Origin: Sutterella sp.
Lineage (GTDB): Bacteria > Pseudomonadota > Gammaproteobacteria > Burkholderiales > Burkholderiaceae_F
Assembly (NCBI GenBank): GCA_019418605.1
Contig: DYBN01000054.1
Span: 81,350-145,349 of the forward strand
Direction: 5' to 3'
Length of the DNA stretch: 64,000 nt
Each line of letters starts with the position of its first letter. Within the stretch, counting starts at the first letter, position 1. A model generated the notes under the pieces. That model ran no database searches. It had not been told where the DNA came from and was given only the letters and a program-made list of their open reading frames with translations. Shown piece by piece: positions 1 through 9,662 of the stretch. Both the position numbers and the translations under genes were made by a program.

Positions 1-110
1 CCCCCCAGGAAAGCTTCCGGGCCCGAAAGCCGCATTTCAAAAGCGTCAGGCCCTTAAATATACGAGCTTCAGGCACCGTCTGCACTTTAGAAGTGCAAAC
101 CGCGAGGGGC

Positions 111-491
111 TTAAAAAAACGGGGAACCGCCCTCCTGCGCTTGAGCGTGCGCGGGAAACTTCCCGCGCAGCGCCCGCAAGTACCCCTCGAGCCGGTCAAG
201 ATCGCTTCTTGCCTGCCGGATGTGCGCCAAGTACTCGTCGAGCCGCGCAAGCAGCCAGTCTGAGCCCAGCGTCGGGTCGTCGGCAAACTGCAAAAAACGC
301 TCGATGCACTCAAGCTTCATGCCGTTTGTGCGGCAGGTCATCACGAAGTCAAGCCTGCGCACGTCGTCGTTCGTGTACTCGCGCTGCCCGCCCGCCGTGC
401 GGGCCGGGGCGGCGAGCACGCCCTTTGATTCGTAAAACCGAATCCGCGGCACCGGACAGCCGGTGCGGCGGGAGAGCTCTCCAATTTTCAT
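111..491 (-). CDS. MerR-family transcriptional regulator
   Basis: The N-terminal HTH 'MKIGELSRRTGCPVPRIRFYESKGVL...REYTNDDVRRLDFV' is typical of MerR proteins. I moved the start from the track ORF (587) to the ATG at 491 because the divergent MerR-type promoter and dyad occupy 553-583. Confidence 0.85.
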   Translation of the reverse strand: MKIGELSRRTGCPVPRIRFYESKGVLAAPARTAGGQREYTNDDVRRLDFVMTCRTNGMKLECIERFLQFADDPTLGSDWLLARLDEYLAHIRQARSDLDRLEGYLRALRGKFPAHAQAQEGGSPFF

Positions 492-552
492 TTGCCAATC
501 GCTCCTTGCGGGCGCCGCCGCGCTGCGCGCGCCTTTTTTTTCGTCCTGCCCC

Positions 553-583
553 TTGAACCTCAAGCAGCTTGAGGTTGTACATT
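553..583 (+). promoter_or_regulatory. MerR-type promoter: TTGAAC, 19-bp spacer, TACATT, with an internal dyad operator
   Basis: TTGAAC (553-558), a 19-nt spacer and TACATT (578-583) are read directly. The spacer contains the perfect dyad AACCTCAAGC-A-GCTTGAGGTT (556-576). It faces the MBL-fold gene at 725 and is divergent from the MerR gene. Confidence 0.7.
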
Positions 584-724
584 GCACCGGACCTTCCCGT
601 CAAGCCCCGAAAAAAATAGAAACCCCGCATTCAATGTTGCCTTCGCGCGCTTTTTGCTCTTCCGGCGGCTTTTGAAAGGAAGTTCCCGTTCTTTGCCTTT
701 CTCTGGAAAAAAGGAGTCTTTGAG

Positions 725-1510
725 ATGCTTTTTCAACAAATTCGCAGCGCCACGAGCATCGTCACGTTTGGCGGCGTGCGCTTTCTGATCGACCCGATGC
801 TCGCGCCGATGGGCGCCTATCCGAGCGTGCCCGATACGTGCGACACGGGCCGCGGCAACCCCGACTGCGAGCTGCCCTGCAAAGTTGACGATCTCTTTGA
901 CGTTGACGCCGTCATCGTCACGCACCTGCACTTTGACCACTTTGACGAGGCGGCCGCGCGGCTGCTGCCCAAAACCCTGCCCCTCTTTTCCCAGTCCGAA
1001 GAGGACGCGCGCACCATCCGCTCCTACGGCTTTGAAGACGTGCGGGTGTTGTCCGAAACCGGCGCGCATTTCAAGGGCGTCACTCTCACCCGCACGCCGT
1101 GCGACCATGGCGCAAGCGACCCCGTGACGGTGGCGGGCTACCGCAGCATGGGCTTTGACGAGCACGCCTGCGGCGTCGTGTTTTCTTCCGACGCCGAGCC
1201 CTTTGTTTTTTACCTTGCGGGCGATACGGTCTACTGCGAGCTTGTGGCCGGGACCATCCGCAGGTACAAGCCCGCCGTCGTTGCGGTCAACGCCGCCGGC
1301 GCACAGTTCCCGCTCGGGCACCCGCTCATCATGAATCAGTACGACGTGGCGCTGCTTATGAAAACGTTCCCTGAGATCGACGTCATCGCCACGCACGTCG
1401 AAGGCGTCTCGCACGCGACGGTGACAAGAGCGCTGCTGCGCGATTTCGCTACCACCCGAGGGCTTGAAAAACTGCACATTCCGGAAGACGGCGAAGTCGT
1501 AGAATTCTGA
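725..1510 (+). CDS. Metallo-beta-lactamase-fold hydrolase
   Basis: It has the HxHxDH motif 'THLHFDHFD' and an AGGAG-type RBS upstream of the ATG at 725. Confidence 0.8.
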   Translation: MLFQQIRSATSIVTFGGVRFLIDPMLAPMGAYPSVPDTCDTGRGNPDCELPCKVDDLFDVDAVIVTHLHFDHFDEAAARLLPKTLPLFSQSEEDARTIRSYGFEDVRVLSETGAHFKGVTLTRTPCDHGASDPVTVAGYRSMGFDEHACGVVFSSDAEPFVFYLAGDTVYCELVAGTIRRYKPAVVAVNAAGAQFPLGHPLIMNQYDVALLMKTFPEIDVIATHVEGVSHATVTRALLRDFATTRGLEKLHIPEDGEVVEF

Positions 1511-1529
1511 GCCCGCCGCAGCCCGGACA

Positions 1530-2879
1530 ATGCCGCATGAGCGTTTTTTAAAGCCGCGCGCCGGCGGGCCTGAAGCTTTTTTACGCCCTCCACCTCTTTA
1601 CGAGATCATGCGCATTCAGTTTGTGCACAAATCCCTGGCCCGGCCCGAGGCAGACGCCCTGCCGCGGCGCGCGCTCACCTTTTTTACGGCGGCCCTGTGC
1701 CTGATCAGCTGCTTTGTCACGTCCTCGGTCCCGATCCCGATGATGGCCGTCTGGATGCAGCAGCTCAACCTCTCGACGGCCGACGTCGCGATGACCGTGG
1801 TGGCCTACTTCGGCGGGTGCGTGGCAACGCTTTTGTTTTTCGCGCGCCTCTCGAACTTTCTGGGCCGCAAGCCCGTGGTTCTCTTGTCGCTTGCCTTCGG
1901 CTGCCTTGCGAGCTTTCTTTTTGCGCACGCCGACTCAAGCGCCGTGCTCAACGTCGGACGCTTTCTGCAGGGGCTCTCGTGCGGGTTTGCTTCAAGCGCC
2001 TCCATGAGCTGGGTGGTCGACACGGCCCCGCCCAAGCGCGCCTGGCTTGGCACGGCGCTCACCTCGGCAGGCCCCAACATCGGACTTTCGGTCGGCACGC
2101 TTTTATCGGGCCTCATCATCTCGAGCGCTCTTATAAGCAACACGCACCTGTTTGAACTCACGATCGCGCTGTTGGCGGGTTGCGCGGTGCTCACACTTTT
2201 TTGCACCGAGACGATGCGCATGGGGACCGAACCCATAGGTCAAGTGCTCATCCCCAAAATCGCCATTCCCCGACGGCTGCTTCGCATCTTCTTTATCAGT
2301 GCGGCGGGCTTTATCGGCACCTGGGGGATGGGAAGCTTCTTTCAGGGCTTTGCCGCGCGCGTCTCCTCCATCGTCTTTGGCGAGGCAAGCGCATTTCTGG
2401 CCGCGGCCACCTATCTTGCGCTCATTCTTCCCAACGCAACGGCAGGGCTCCTCGCGGGACGATTTCGGGCGGGCTTTGTTGCGCCCTTTGTGATCACGGT
2501 CTTTCTTTTTTCGGGCCTTGCCGTCTTTGCGGCCATCCACCTGCAGTCGGCCGTGCTCTTTGTCGTTGCTGTCGCGCTGTGCGGCGCCTCGGGCGGCAGC
2601 TACTGCTCGGCGGGCCTGAAGCTCCTGCTGGCCGACGCCACGCTCAAAGAGCGCGCCGGGGCCATCTCGGCGCTTTACTTCTCGGCCTATGTGGGCTCCG
2701 GCGTTCCCAACTTTTTGGTCGGCATGGCAGCCGCCAACGCCGGCATGGACACAATCAGCCTGGGCTACACGGTCTGGATCGTGTGCACGTGGATTTTGGT
2801 GATGGGCGCCATCGTGCTCGTGCGGCGGCACCCCACGCCCGCCGAAGCCCTGCGCTTCGGGCCGGGCGCGCAGGTTTAG
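1530..2879 (+). CDS. MFS transporter
   Basis: The protein is about 12 hydrophobic segments with an MFS-like loop 'LSNFLGRKPVVL'. The start is uncertain; an alternative ATG at 1608 (MRIQF...) is possible. Confidence 0.8.
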   Translation: MPHERFLKPRAGGPEAFLRPPPLYEIMRIQFVHKSLARPEADALPRRALTFFTAALCLISCFVTSSVPIPMMAVWMQQLNLSTADVAMTVVAYFGGCVATLLFFARLSNFLGRKPVVLLSLAFGCLASFLFAHADSSAVLNVGRFLQGLSCGFASSASMSWVVDTAPPKRAWLGTALTSAGPNIGLSVGTLLSGLIISSALISNTHLFELTIALLAGCAVLTLFCTETMRMGTEPIGQVLIPKIAIPRRLLRIFFISAAGFIGTWGMGSFFQGFAARVSSIVFGEASAFLAAATYLALILPNATAGLLAGRFRAGFVAPFVITVFLFSGLAVFAAIHLQSAVLFVVAVALCGASGGSYCSAGLKLLLADATLKERAGAISALYFSAYVGSGVPNFLVGMAAANAGMDTISLGYTVWIVCTWILVMGAIVLVRRHPTPAEALRFGPGAQV

Positions 2880-2888
2880 GAGAAAAGA

Positions 2889-2925
2889 CTGCGGCCGGAA
2901 AAAAAAGCTTTTTCTTCGGCCGCAG
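2889..2925. terminator. Bidirectional hairpin terminator between the MFS gene and gltD
   Basis: A 9-bp perfect stem, CTGCGGCCG (2889-2897) with CGGCCGCAG (2917-2925), has an A/T-rich loop (aaaaaaaagcttttt). It lies between convergent genes. Confidence 0.6.
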
Positions 2926-2977
2926 GTCAGCGATCGAGCTTTGGGTTTTGCGCCGAGGGCTCGGCGCAGAAAAATCT

Positions 2978-4489
2978 TTACCCCAACCGATAGGGCGGCA
3001 GTTCGCTCTCGCCCATTAAAAAGAGATCGACGGCTCTTGCACAGCGCCTGCCTTCGCTCATGGCGCGCACCACAAGCGACTGGCCGCTTCGCGCGTCGCC
3101 GCAGGCAAAGACGCCTTCAACCGAGGTGGCAAAGGGCTGTTCGCCGTCTTCAAGCGAAGCTTGGGCGTTGCCCCTCGCGCTTTTCTCAACGCCAAAGGCC
3201 TCGAGCACGGGCGAAGAAGGCGCCAAAAACCCCATGGCGATGAAGACGCGCCCCACCGCAATCTCAAAGCCCGAGTCGGGCACTTCCTTTCGCACCATGC
3301 GGCCTGTTTCAGGGTCCTTGACCGAAGCAAGCTTGACGCAGCGAATGCCGCGCACTTCGCCCTTTTCGTTGAGAAGAATCTCCTTTGTCGCCGTATCCCA
3401 GAGCCGCTCGCAGCCTTCTTCCTGCGAAGTGGAGGTGCGAAGCTTTCTGGGCCAGTCGGGCCACGTCGCGTCCTTGTCTTCCTTAACCGGCGGGCAGGAG
3501 CTGATGTCAATTTGATAGATCTTTCCCGCTCCCTGGCGCCTTGCAATGCCCACACAGTCGCTTCCCGTGTCGCCGCCGCCGATGATGGCGACGTCGCACC
3601 CCTTGCAGGAGACGGGCGCGGTCTTTAATTCGCCCGAGACGACCTTGTTTTTGCCCTGCAACAATTCAAGGGCAAAGTACGCGCCCTTGCCTTCGCGCCC
3701 GGGAACCTGCAGATCGCGCGGAGTCTCCGACCCGCAGGCAAGCACCACGGCGTCAAACTCGCGCTTGAGTTTTGCAGCCGTCACGGTGTTTGCCGCATCG
3801 TTGAGCACGCCCTTGGGAAAGTCCTTGGCGCCCACGGCCGTGGAAAGCTTGAAGACGACGCCTTCGGCGCACATCTGCTCGATGCGCTTGTCGATCAAGT
3901 CCTTGGAGAGCTTGAAGTCGGGAATGCCGTAGCGAAGCAGGCCCCCTGCGCGGGCGTTCTTTTCGTAGACCACGACCTTGTGGCCTGCGCGCGCAAGCTG
4001 CTGCGCACAGGCTAGCCCCGCCGGGCCCGAGCCCACGACCGCCACCTTTTTCCCGGTCTGCTTCAAGGCCGGCATGGGCTTGACCCAGCCCGAGAGCCAG
4101 GCGCGGTCAATGATGGCCCGCTCGATCGTTTTGATCCCCACGGCCGCATCTTCAAGGTAGTACTGCGTGCAGCCCGCCTCGCAGATGGCCGGACAGACGC
4201 GGCTAGTGAATTCCGGAAAGCTACTCGTGGCGTTGAGGCACTCCCAGGCCGCGCGCCACTTGCCCTCGCGCACGAGGCGGTTGAAATCGACGGGGCGGTT
4301 GTGCAGCGGGCAGCTCGCCGAACAGTAGGGCGTGCCGCAGGAGAGGCACCGCAATGTCTGCGCGTGCACCTGTTCGTCGGTAAGGGCAATCGTGAAGTCC
4401 TTGAAGTGCTTGATGCGCTCTTCGATGCTTTGATGCCCGAACTCAATGCGCTGCAGCGTGGTGCGGGCCTTGTTTTGCTGATTGGTCAT
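2978..4489 (-). CDS. gltD: Glutamate synthase (NADPH) small subunit
   Basis: It has the N-terminal Fe-S cysteine clusters 'CLSCGTPYCSASCP' and 'CPAICEAGC' and the FAD/NAD motif 'VAVVGSGPAGLACA'. It lies immediately downstream of gltB. Confidence 0.95.
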   Translation of the reverse strand: MTNQQNKARTTLQRIEFGHQSIEERIKHFKDFTIALTDEQVHAQTLRCLSCGTPYCSASCPLHNRPVDFNRLVREGKWRAAWECLNATSSFPEFTSRVCPAICEAGCTQYYLEDAAVGIKTIERAIIDRAWLSGWVKPMPALKQTGKKVAVVGSGPAGLACAQQLARAGHKVVVYEKNARAGGLLRYGIPDFKLSKDLIDKRIEQMCAEGVVFKLSTAVGAKDFPKGVLNDAANTVTAAKLKREFDAVVLACGSETPRDLQVPGREGKGAYFALELLQGKNKVVSGELKTAPVSCKGCDVAIIGGGDTGSDCVGIARRQGAGKIYQIDISSCPPVKEDKDATWPDWPRKLRTSTSQEEGCERLWDTATKEILLNEKGEVRGIRCVKLASVKDPETGRMVRKEVPDSGFEIAVGRVFIAMGFLAPSSPVLEAFGVEKSARGNAQASLEDGEQPFATSVEGVFACGDARSGQSLVVRAMSEGRRCARAVDLFLMGESELPPYRLG

Positions 4490-4508
4490 CGTTGTCCTCC
4501 GTCAATCT

Positions 4509-7500
4509 CTAAAGGCCCGCCTTGGCAAGCAGCGCCTGCTTGTACTGCAGCGGCATCACCTTCACAAAGCGAGAGCGCGAGCTCGTCCAGTGCTCCAAAA
4601 GCTCAGAGGCAAGCCGCGAGCCCGTGAGCTGCGCGTGCCGCATGATGAGCTCTTTGAGAAGCTCCTCGTCGGTCTTGCCCATGTGCCAGGTGTGCGGATC
4701 GCTTGTGCGGGCCTGCTCGTCAGACCCCGTAACCCGCTCGAGGCTTACCATCGACGTGTTGCAGTGCGACTCAAAGTCGCCGTCGGCGTCAAAGACAAAC
4801 GCCACGCCGCCCGACATGCCGGAGGCAAAGTTGCGCCCCGTGCGGCCGAGCACCACCACGGTGCCGCCCGTCATGTACTCGCACCCGTGGTCTCCCGTGC
4901 CTTCCACGACGGCGCTTGCGCCCGACAAGCGCACGGCAAAGCGCTCGCCCACGACGCCGTTGAAGTACGCCTCGCCGCTTGTGGCCCCATAGAGCGTCGT
5001 GTTGCCCGCGATGATGTTTTCCTCGGGCTTTCCGTGAAAGTCGTGGTCGGCGCGCACCACGATGCACCCGCCCGAGAGTCCCTTGCCGACGTAGTCGTTG
5101 GCGTCGCCCTCAAGCTCAAGCGTCATGCCGGGCACGGCAAAGGCGCCGAAGGACTGACCCGCCGTGCCTTTAAACGAGAGGTGAATGGTGTCCGCAGGCA
5201 ATCCCTTTGCGCCGTACTTTTCAACGACGGCGTGCGCAATCTGCGTGCCCACCGTGCGGTTGACGTTGCGAATGGGAAGCGACACTGTCACCTTGCGCCC
5301 CTGTGCGATGTCTTCGGCAATCTCGGTGAGGATGCCGGCATCAAGACTCTTTTCAAGGCCGTGGTCCTGGCTTGCGCTGTGGCGCATGGCCTCGGGCTTG
5401 TCCTGCGGGTGCCAGAGCACGCGCGAGAGGTCCACTCCGCGGGCCTTCCAGTTGTCGATGTCGCCTCGCTGCTCAAGGAGGTCGCTGCGGCCGATGAGGT
5501 CTTCAAAGCGCCGAATGCCCAGCTGCGCCATGATTTCGCGCACCTCTTCGGCCACGAAGAAGAAGTAGTTCACAACGCTCGAGGGCTTGCCCTTGAAGCG
5601 CTTTCTCAATTCAGGATCCTGCGTGGCGATGCCCACCGGGCAGGTGTTGAGGTGGCACTGGCGCATCATCAGGCAGCCTTCGACCACCAGGGGCGCCGTG
5701 GCAAAGCCAAACTCATCGGCCCCGAGCATGGCGCCGATGACGACGTCGCGCCCCGTTTTGATCTGGCCGTCGACTTGCAGCACCACGCGCTCGCGCAGAT
5801 GGTTGAGCACAAGCGTCTGCTGCGTTTCAGACAACCCCATCTCCCAGGCGCTGCCCGCGTGCTTGACCGAGGAGACGGGGCTTGCGCCCGTGCCGCCGTC
5901 GTGTCCGGCAATGACGATGTGGTCTGCCTTGGCCTTGGCCACGCCCGCGGCCACCGTGCCCACGCCCGATTCGCTGACGAGCTTGACCGAAATGTCGGCC
6001 TTGCTGTTGGCGTTTTTAAGATCATGGATGAGCTGCGCGAGATCCTCAATCGAGTAGATGTCGTGGTGCGGGGGCGGGGAAATGAGCCCCACGCCGGGAA
6101 CCGAGTAGCGAAGCTCGGCGATGTACTCGGTCACCTTGTGGCCGGGCAGCTGCCCGCCTTCGCCCGGCTTGGCGCCCTGGGCCATCTTGATTTGGATTTG
6201 ATCGGCGCTCGCGAGGTACTGCTCGGTGACGCCGAAACGCCCGCTTGCGACCTGCTTGATGCGCGAGCGCAGGCTGTCGCCCTCTTCAAGTTCGATGCGC
6301 GCCACGATGCGGTCGCTGCCGAGCACGTCGGCCACCGTCATGCCCTTTTTCACGGGCGAGCGGCCGCTTCTTAATTCCTCTTCGTAGCGGCGGGGATCTT
6401 CGCCGCCCTCGCCCGTGTTGCTCTTGCCTCCGATGCGGTTCATCGCCACGGCAAGCGTGGCGTGCGCCTCGGCCGAAATCGAGCCCATGCTCATGGCCCC
6501 GGTGGCAAAGCGGCGCACGATCTCGCGGGCGGGCTCGACTTCTTCGAGCGGCACCGGCGTGCAGCCCTCGGTCTTAAAGCGCAGCAGCCCGCGCAGCGTC
6601 ATCTGCCGGCGGCTCTGATCGTTGATGATGCGCGCGTACTCCTTGTAGGTGGCGTAGTTTTTCTGCCGCGCGGCCTTTTGCAGCTTCACGATCGCCTCGG
6701 GCGTCCACATGTGCTCTTCGCCGTCGGCTCTCCAGGCGTACTCGCCCCCGGTGGGAAGCTCCGCGACCGGCATGCGGCGCTCGGCATACGCCGCGCGGTG
6801 ACGGTCGACCGCCTCCTGCATGACTTCAAAGAGCCCGATGCCCTCGATTTTGCTCGACGTCCCGTGAAAGTACTGATCGACAAAGTCGCTTTTAAGACCA
6901 ATCGCCTCGAAGATGCACGCGCCGCGATAGCTCATGAGGGTGCAGATGCCCATCTTGGCCATCACTTTGGTGAGTCCCTTGCCCACGGCCTTGACGTAGT
7001 GCGCCACGGCCTCTTCGGGAGAAAGGCCCGAGAGGGGCGCGAGCCTGCGGATGACCGCAAGGCTCAGGTACGGGTGCACGGCCTCGGCCCCGTAGCCCAT
7101 TAAAAGCGCAAAATCGTGCGTCTCAAAGACCGAGCCCGAGTTGACGACCAGGCCCACGTTCGTGCGCAGCCCCTCGCGGATCAGGTGCTGGTGCAGGGCG
7201 CTCACGGCCAAAAGAACCGGCACGGCCACGCGGTCGCGCCCGACCTTTTCGTCGCTGACGATCAAAATGTTGTAGCCCTCGCCGATGGCGTCGACGGCCT
7301 GCGCGCACAGGCTTGCCAGGTGCGCCTCAACGCCGTCGCGGCCCCAAGCCGCCGGGTACGTGATGTCGATTTCGCAGCTTCTGAACTTGCCCGCGGTGTG
7401 CGCGTCGATGGCGCGAAGCTTTGCCATGTCTCTTTCAACGAGCACGGGCTGCAGCACCTCGATGCGCCGCGGAGGATTGACGTTGTTGACGTCAAGCAGG

Positions 7501-9185
7501 TTGGGCTTGGGGCCGATGAAGCTCACAAGGCTCGTGACGAGCTCCTCGCGAATGGGATCGATCGGCGGGTTGGTGACCTGTGCAAAGAGCTGCTTGAAGT
7601 AGGAGAAAAAGGACTTCGTCTTTTTCGAGAGCACGGGAAGGGCCGCGTCGTTGCCCATCGAGCCCGTGGGCTCCATTCCTTTGACGGCCATGGGCATCAA
7701 AATGACGTTGATGTCTTCCTGCGTCATTCCGAAGACGCGCTCAAGCTCGTGGAGGCGCTCCTCGCTCATCGGCAGCGGCATCTTCTTTTGCTCTTCGTTT
7801 TCGCTCAAATCGGCAAGCCGCAGGTTGAGTCTTTCGACCCATTCGCGGTAGGGCTTGTCGAGCGCCACCTGGTTTTTGAGCTCCTCGTCGCCAATGATGC
7901 GCCCCTGCACCGTATCGATTAACAGCATCTTGCCCGGCTCAATGCGCCACTTGCGGCGGATGCGGCTTTCAGGAATCGGCAGCACGCCCACTTCGGAGGC
8001 AAGCACCACGGTGTCGTCGTCGGTTTCGATGTAGCGCGCAGGCCGCAGGCCGTTGCGATCGAGCATGGCGCCGATCTGCACGCCGTTTGTAAAGACAATG
8101 GCGGCCGGCCCATCCCAGGCTTCCATCATCGGCGCGTGGTAGGCGTAGAAGGCCTGCCGGTCGGCGTCCATCGTGCTTGCCCGCTCCCAGGCCTCGGGCA
8201 CGAGCATCATCATCGCCTGCGGCAGCGAATAGCCCGCCATCACCAAAAGCTCGACGGCGTTGTCAAGACTTGCCGTGTCGGACTGCCCCTCGTAGATGAG
8301 CGGCACGAGCTTTTTAACATCGTCTCCTAACACGGGCGAATTCCAGACGTTTTCTCTGGCGCAGATCCAGTTGTAGTTGCCCTTGACGGTGTTGATTTCG
8401 CCGTTGTGAGCGATGTAGCGGTAGGGGTGCGCAAGCGCCCAGGCCGGAAACGTGTTGGTCGAAAAGCGCTGGTGCACGACCGCAATCGCGCTTTTGCAGG
8501 CCAGGTTCTGCAGATCAAGGTAGTAGCGCCCGACCTGATCGGCAAGAAGCAGCCCCTTGTAGACCACCGTGCGGGTGCTCATCGAGGGAACAAAATACTC
8601 GGCGCCGTGCTTTAAGTGCAGCGACTGGATGCGGTGCGAGGAGCTCTTGCGGATGACGTAGAGCTTGCGCTCAAGGGCGTCCTGCACCATCACGTCGGGA
8701 CCGCGGCCGATGAAGATCTGACGAATGACGGGTTCGGAGGCGCGCACCGTGGGGCTCATCTGCATGTCGACCGCAACCGGCACGTCGCGCCAGCCGAGCA
8801 CCACCTGCCCCTCCTTTTTCACCATGCGCTCGAGCTCCTGCTCGCAGGCCTCGCGCGAGGCGGGCTCGCGCGGCAGAAAGATCATGCCCACGCCGTAGTC
8901 GCCGGGCGCGGGCAGCGTCACGCCCTGGCGCGCCATTTCCTCGCGGTAAAAACTGTCGGGGATTTGAATCAAAATGCCGGCGCCGTCGCCGCACAGCGGA
9001 TCGGCGCCCACGGCGCCGCGGTGATCGAGGTTGTGCAAAATCAAGAGCGCATCCTCAATGACCTTGTGCGAGACCTTTCCCTTGATGTTGGCGACAAAGC
9101 CCACGCCGCAGGCGTCGCGCTCGGTCTCGGGGCGATAAAGCCCCCTTACGGCAGCCTCCTGCCGCATGGCTTGCGAACTTGCCAT
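4509..9185 (-). CDS. gltB: Glutamate synthase large subunit
   Basis: This 1558-aa protein has the Ntn-amidotransferase start '...[15 protein letters not shown]', the FMN/3Fe-4S central domain and the C-terminal GXGXG beta-helix region. Confidence 0.97.
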   Translation of the reverse strand: MASSQAMRQEAAVRGLYRPETERDACGVGFVANIKGKVSHKVIEDALLILHNLDHRGAVGADPLCGDGAGILIQIPDSFYREEMARQGVTLPAPGDYGVGMIFLPREPASREACEQELERMVKKEGQVVLGWRDVPVAVDMQMSPTVRASEPVIRQIFIGRGPDVMVQDALERKLYVIRKSSSHRIQSLHLKHGAEYFVPSMSTRTVVYKGLLLADQVGRYYLDLQNLACKSAIAVVHQRFSTNTFPAWALAHPYRYIAHNGEINTVKGNYNWICARENVWNSPVLGDDVKKLVPLIYEGQSDTASLDNAVELLVMAGYSLPQAMMMLVPEAWERASTMDADRQAFYAYHAPMMEAWDGPAAIVFTNGVQIGAMLDRNGLRPARYIETDDDTVVLASEVGVLPIPESRIRRKWRIEPGKMLLIDTVQGRIIGDEELKNQVALDKPYREWVERLNLRLADLSENEEQKKMPLPMSEERLHELERVFGMTQEDINVILMPMAVKGMEPTGSMGNDAALPVLSKKTKSFFSYFKQLFAQVTNPPIDPIREELVTSLVSFIGPKPNLLDVNNVNPPRRIEVLQPVLVERDMAKLRAIDAHTAGKFRSCEIDITYPAAWGRDGVEAHLASLCAQAVDAIGEGYNILIVSDEKVGRDRVAVPVLLAVSALHQHLIREGLRTNVGLVVNSGSVFETHDFALLMGYGAEAVHPYLSLAVIRRLAPLSGLSPEEAVAHYVKAVGKGLTKVMAKMGICTLMSYRGACIFEAIGLKSDFVDQYFHGTSSKIEGIGLFEVMQEAVDRHRAAYAERRMPVAELPTGGEYAWRADGEEHMWTPEAIVKLQKAARQKNYATYKEYARIINDQSRRQMTLRGLLRFKTEGCTPVPLEEVEPAREIVRRFATGAMSMGSISAEAHATLAVAMNRIGGKSNTGEGGEDPRRYEEELRSGRSPVKKGMTVADVLGSDRIVARIELEEGDSLRSRIKQVASGRFGVTEQYLASADQIQIKMAQGAKPGEGGQLPGHKVTEYIAELRYSVPGVGLISPPPHHDIYSIEDLAQLIHDLKNANSKADISVKLVSESGVGTVAAGVAKAKADHIVIAGHDGGTGASPVSSVKHAGSAWEMGLSETQQTLVLNHLRERVVLQVDGQIKTGRDVVIGAMLGADEFGFATAPLVVEGCLMMRQCHLNTCPVGIATQDPELRKRFKGKPSSVVNYFFFVAEEVREIMAQLGIRRFEDLIGRSDLLEQRGDIDNWKARGVDLSRVLWHPQDKPEAMRHSASQDHGLEKSLDAGILTEIAEDIAQGRKVTVSLPIRNVNRTVGTQIAHAVVEKYGAKGLPADTIHLSFKGTAGQSFGAFAVPGMTLELEGDANDYVGKGLSGGCIVVRADHDFHGKPEENIIAGNTTLYGATSGEAYFNGVVGERFAVRLSGASAVVEGTGDHGCEYMTGGTVVVLGRTGRNFASGMSGGVAFVFDADGDFESHCNTSMVSLERVTGSDEQARTSDPHTWHMGKTDEELLKELIMRHAQLTGSRLASELLEHWTSSRSRFVKVMPLQYKQALLAKAGL

Positions 9186-9662
9186 GACATTGTCTCCCTT
9201 TGAATTTCTGATGAGTCTTCGTGCACTTGCCGCAGCGCCAAAGGGGTGAATTGCAGGGCGTTTGACCTTTTGGGCCCGAAAACGTCCGTTTGCGGGGTGT
9301 TTTTGTGTTTTGCGTGACCGTAAGCCCCTCAGGCGGGGCCCCGCCCCTTTTTCTTTTTCAGGCGCAAATGCGGCGTGAGCTTAGTAATCTATCCGACACG
9401 AACGCAGCACGCGCCCGGCATCTGCCTTTGCCCGCCTTTAATTTCAATTCCACTGATTTAGCCCAAATGAAGTATGAGATTTCTCCTAGGGCTTTTTAGA
9501 ATGGTCCTTGTCACTTTTTCCGGCTTTTGCCTCATACTTCAAGACTGCAGCGCTGCAAAAACACCGCTTTGACGGTGCGCGCGGTTGCCCGGACTTCTTT
9601 TGATTGTGTACGCCATTCCGTACATTTTCTCCCCGCCGTTTTATTCTTAAGGCCCTCCGTTC

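Noticed and set aside
4482-6374. A 630-aa plus-strand ORF, and similar long ORFs at 560-1477(-), 6462-7103(+), 7116-7922(+), 10080-11612(-), 11646-12680(-), 12789-13700(-), 29140-30597(+), 35756-36571(-), 48141-49703(-), 50599-51864(-), 53636-54757(-) and 58550-59944(-).
   Set aside because: All lie antisense to, or out of frame within, genes with unmistakable homology (gltB, the FAD dehydrogenase, gyrB, yidC, atpA, atpD, hemE, SNF2). Their translations are Arg/Ala/Gly/His-rich low-complexity strings typical of stop-poor shadow frames in high-GC DNA.
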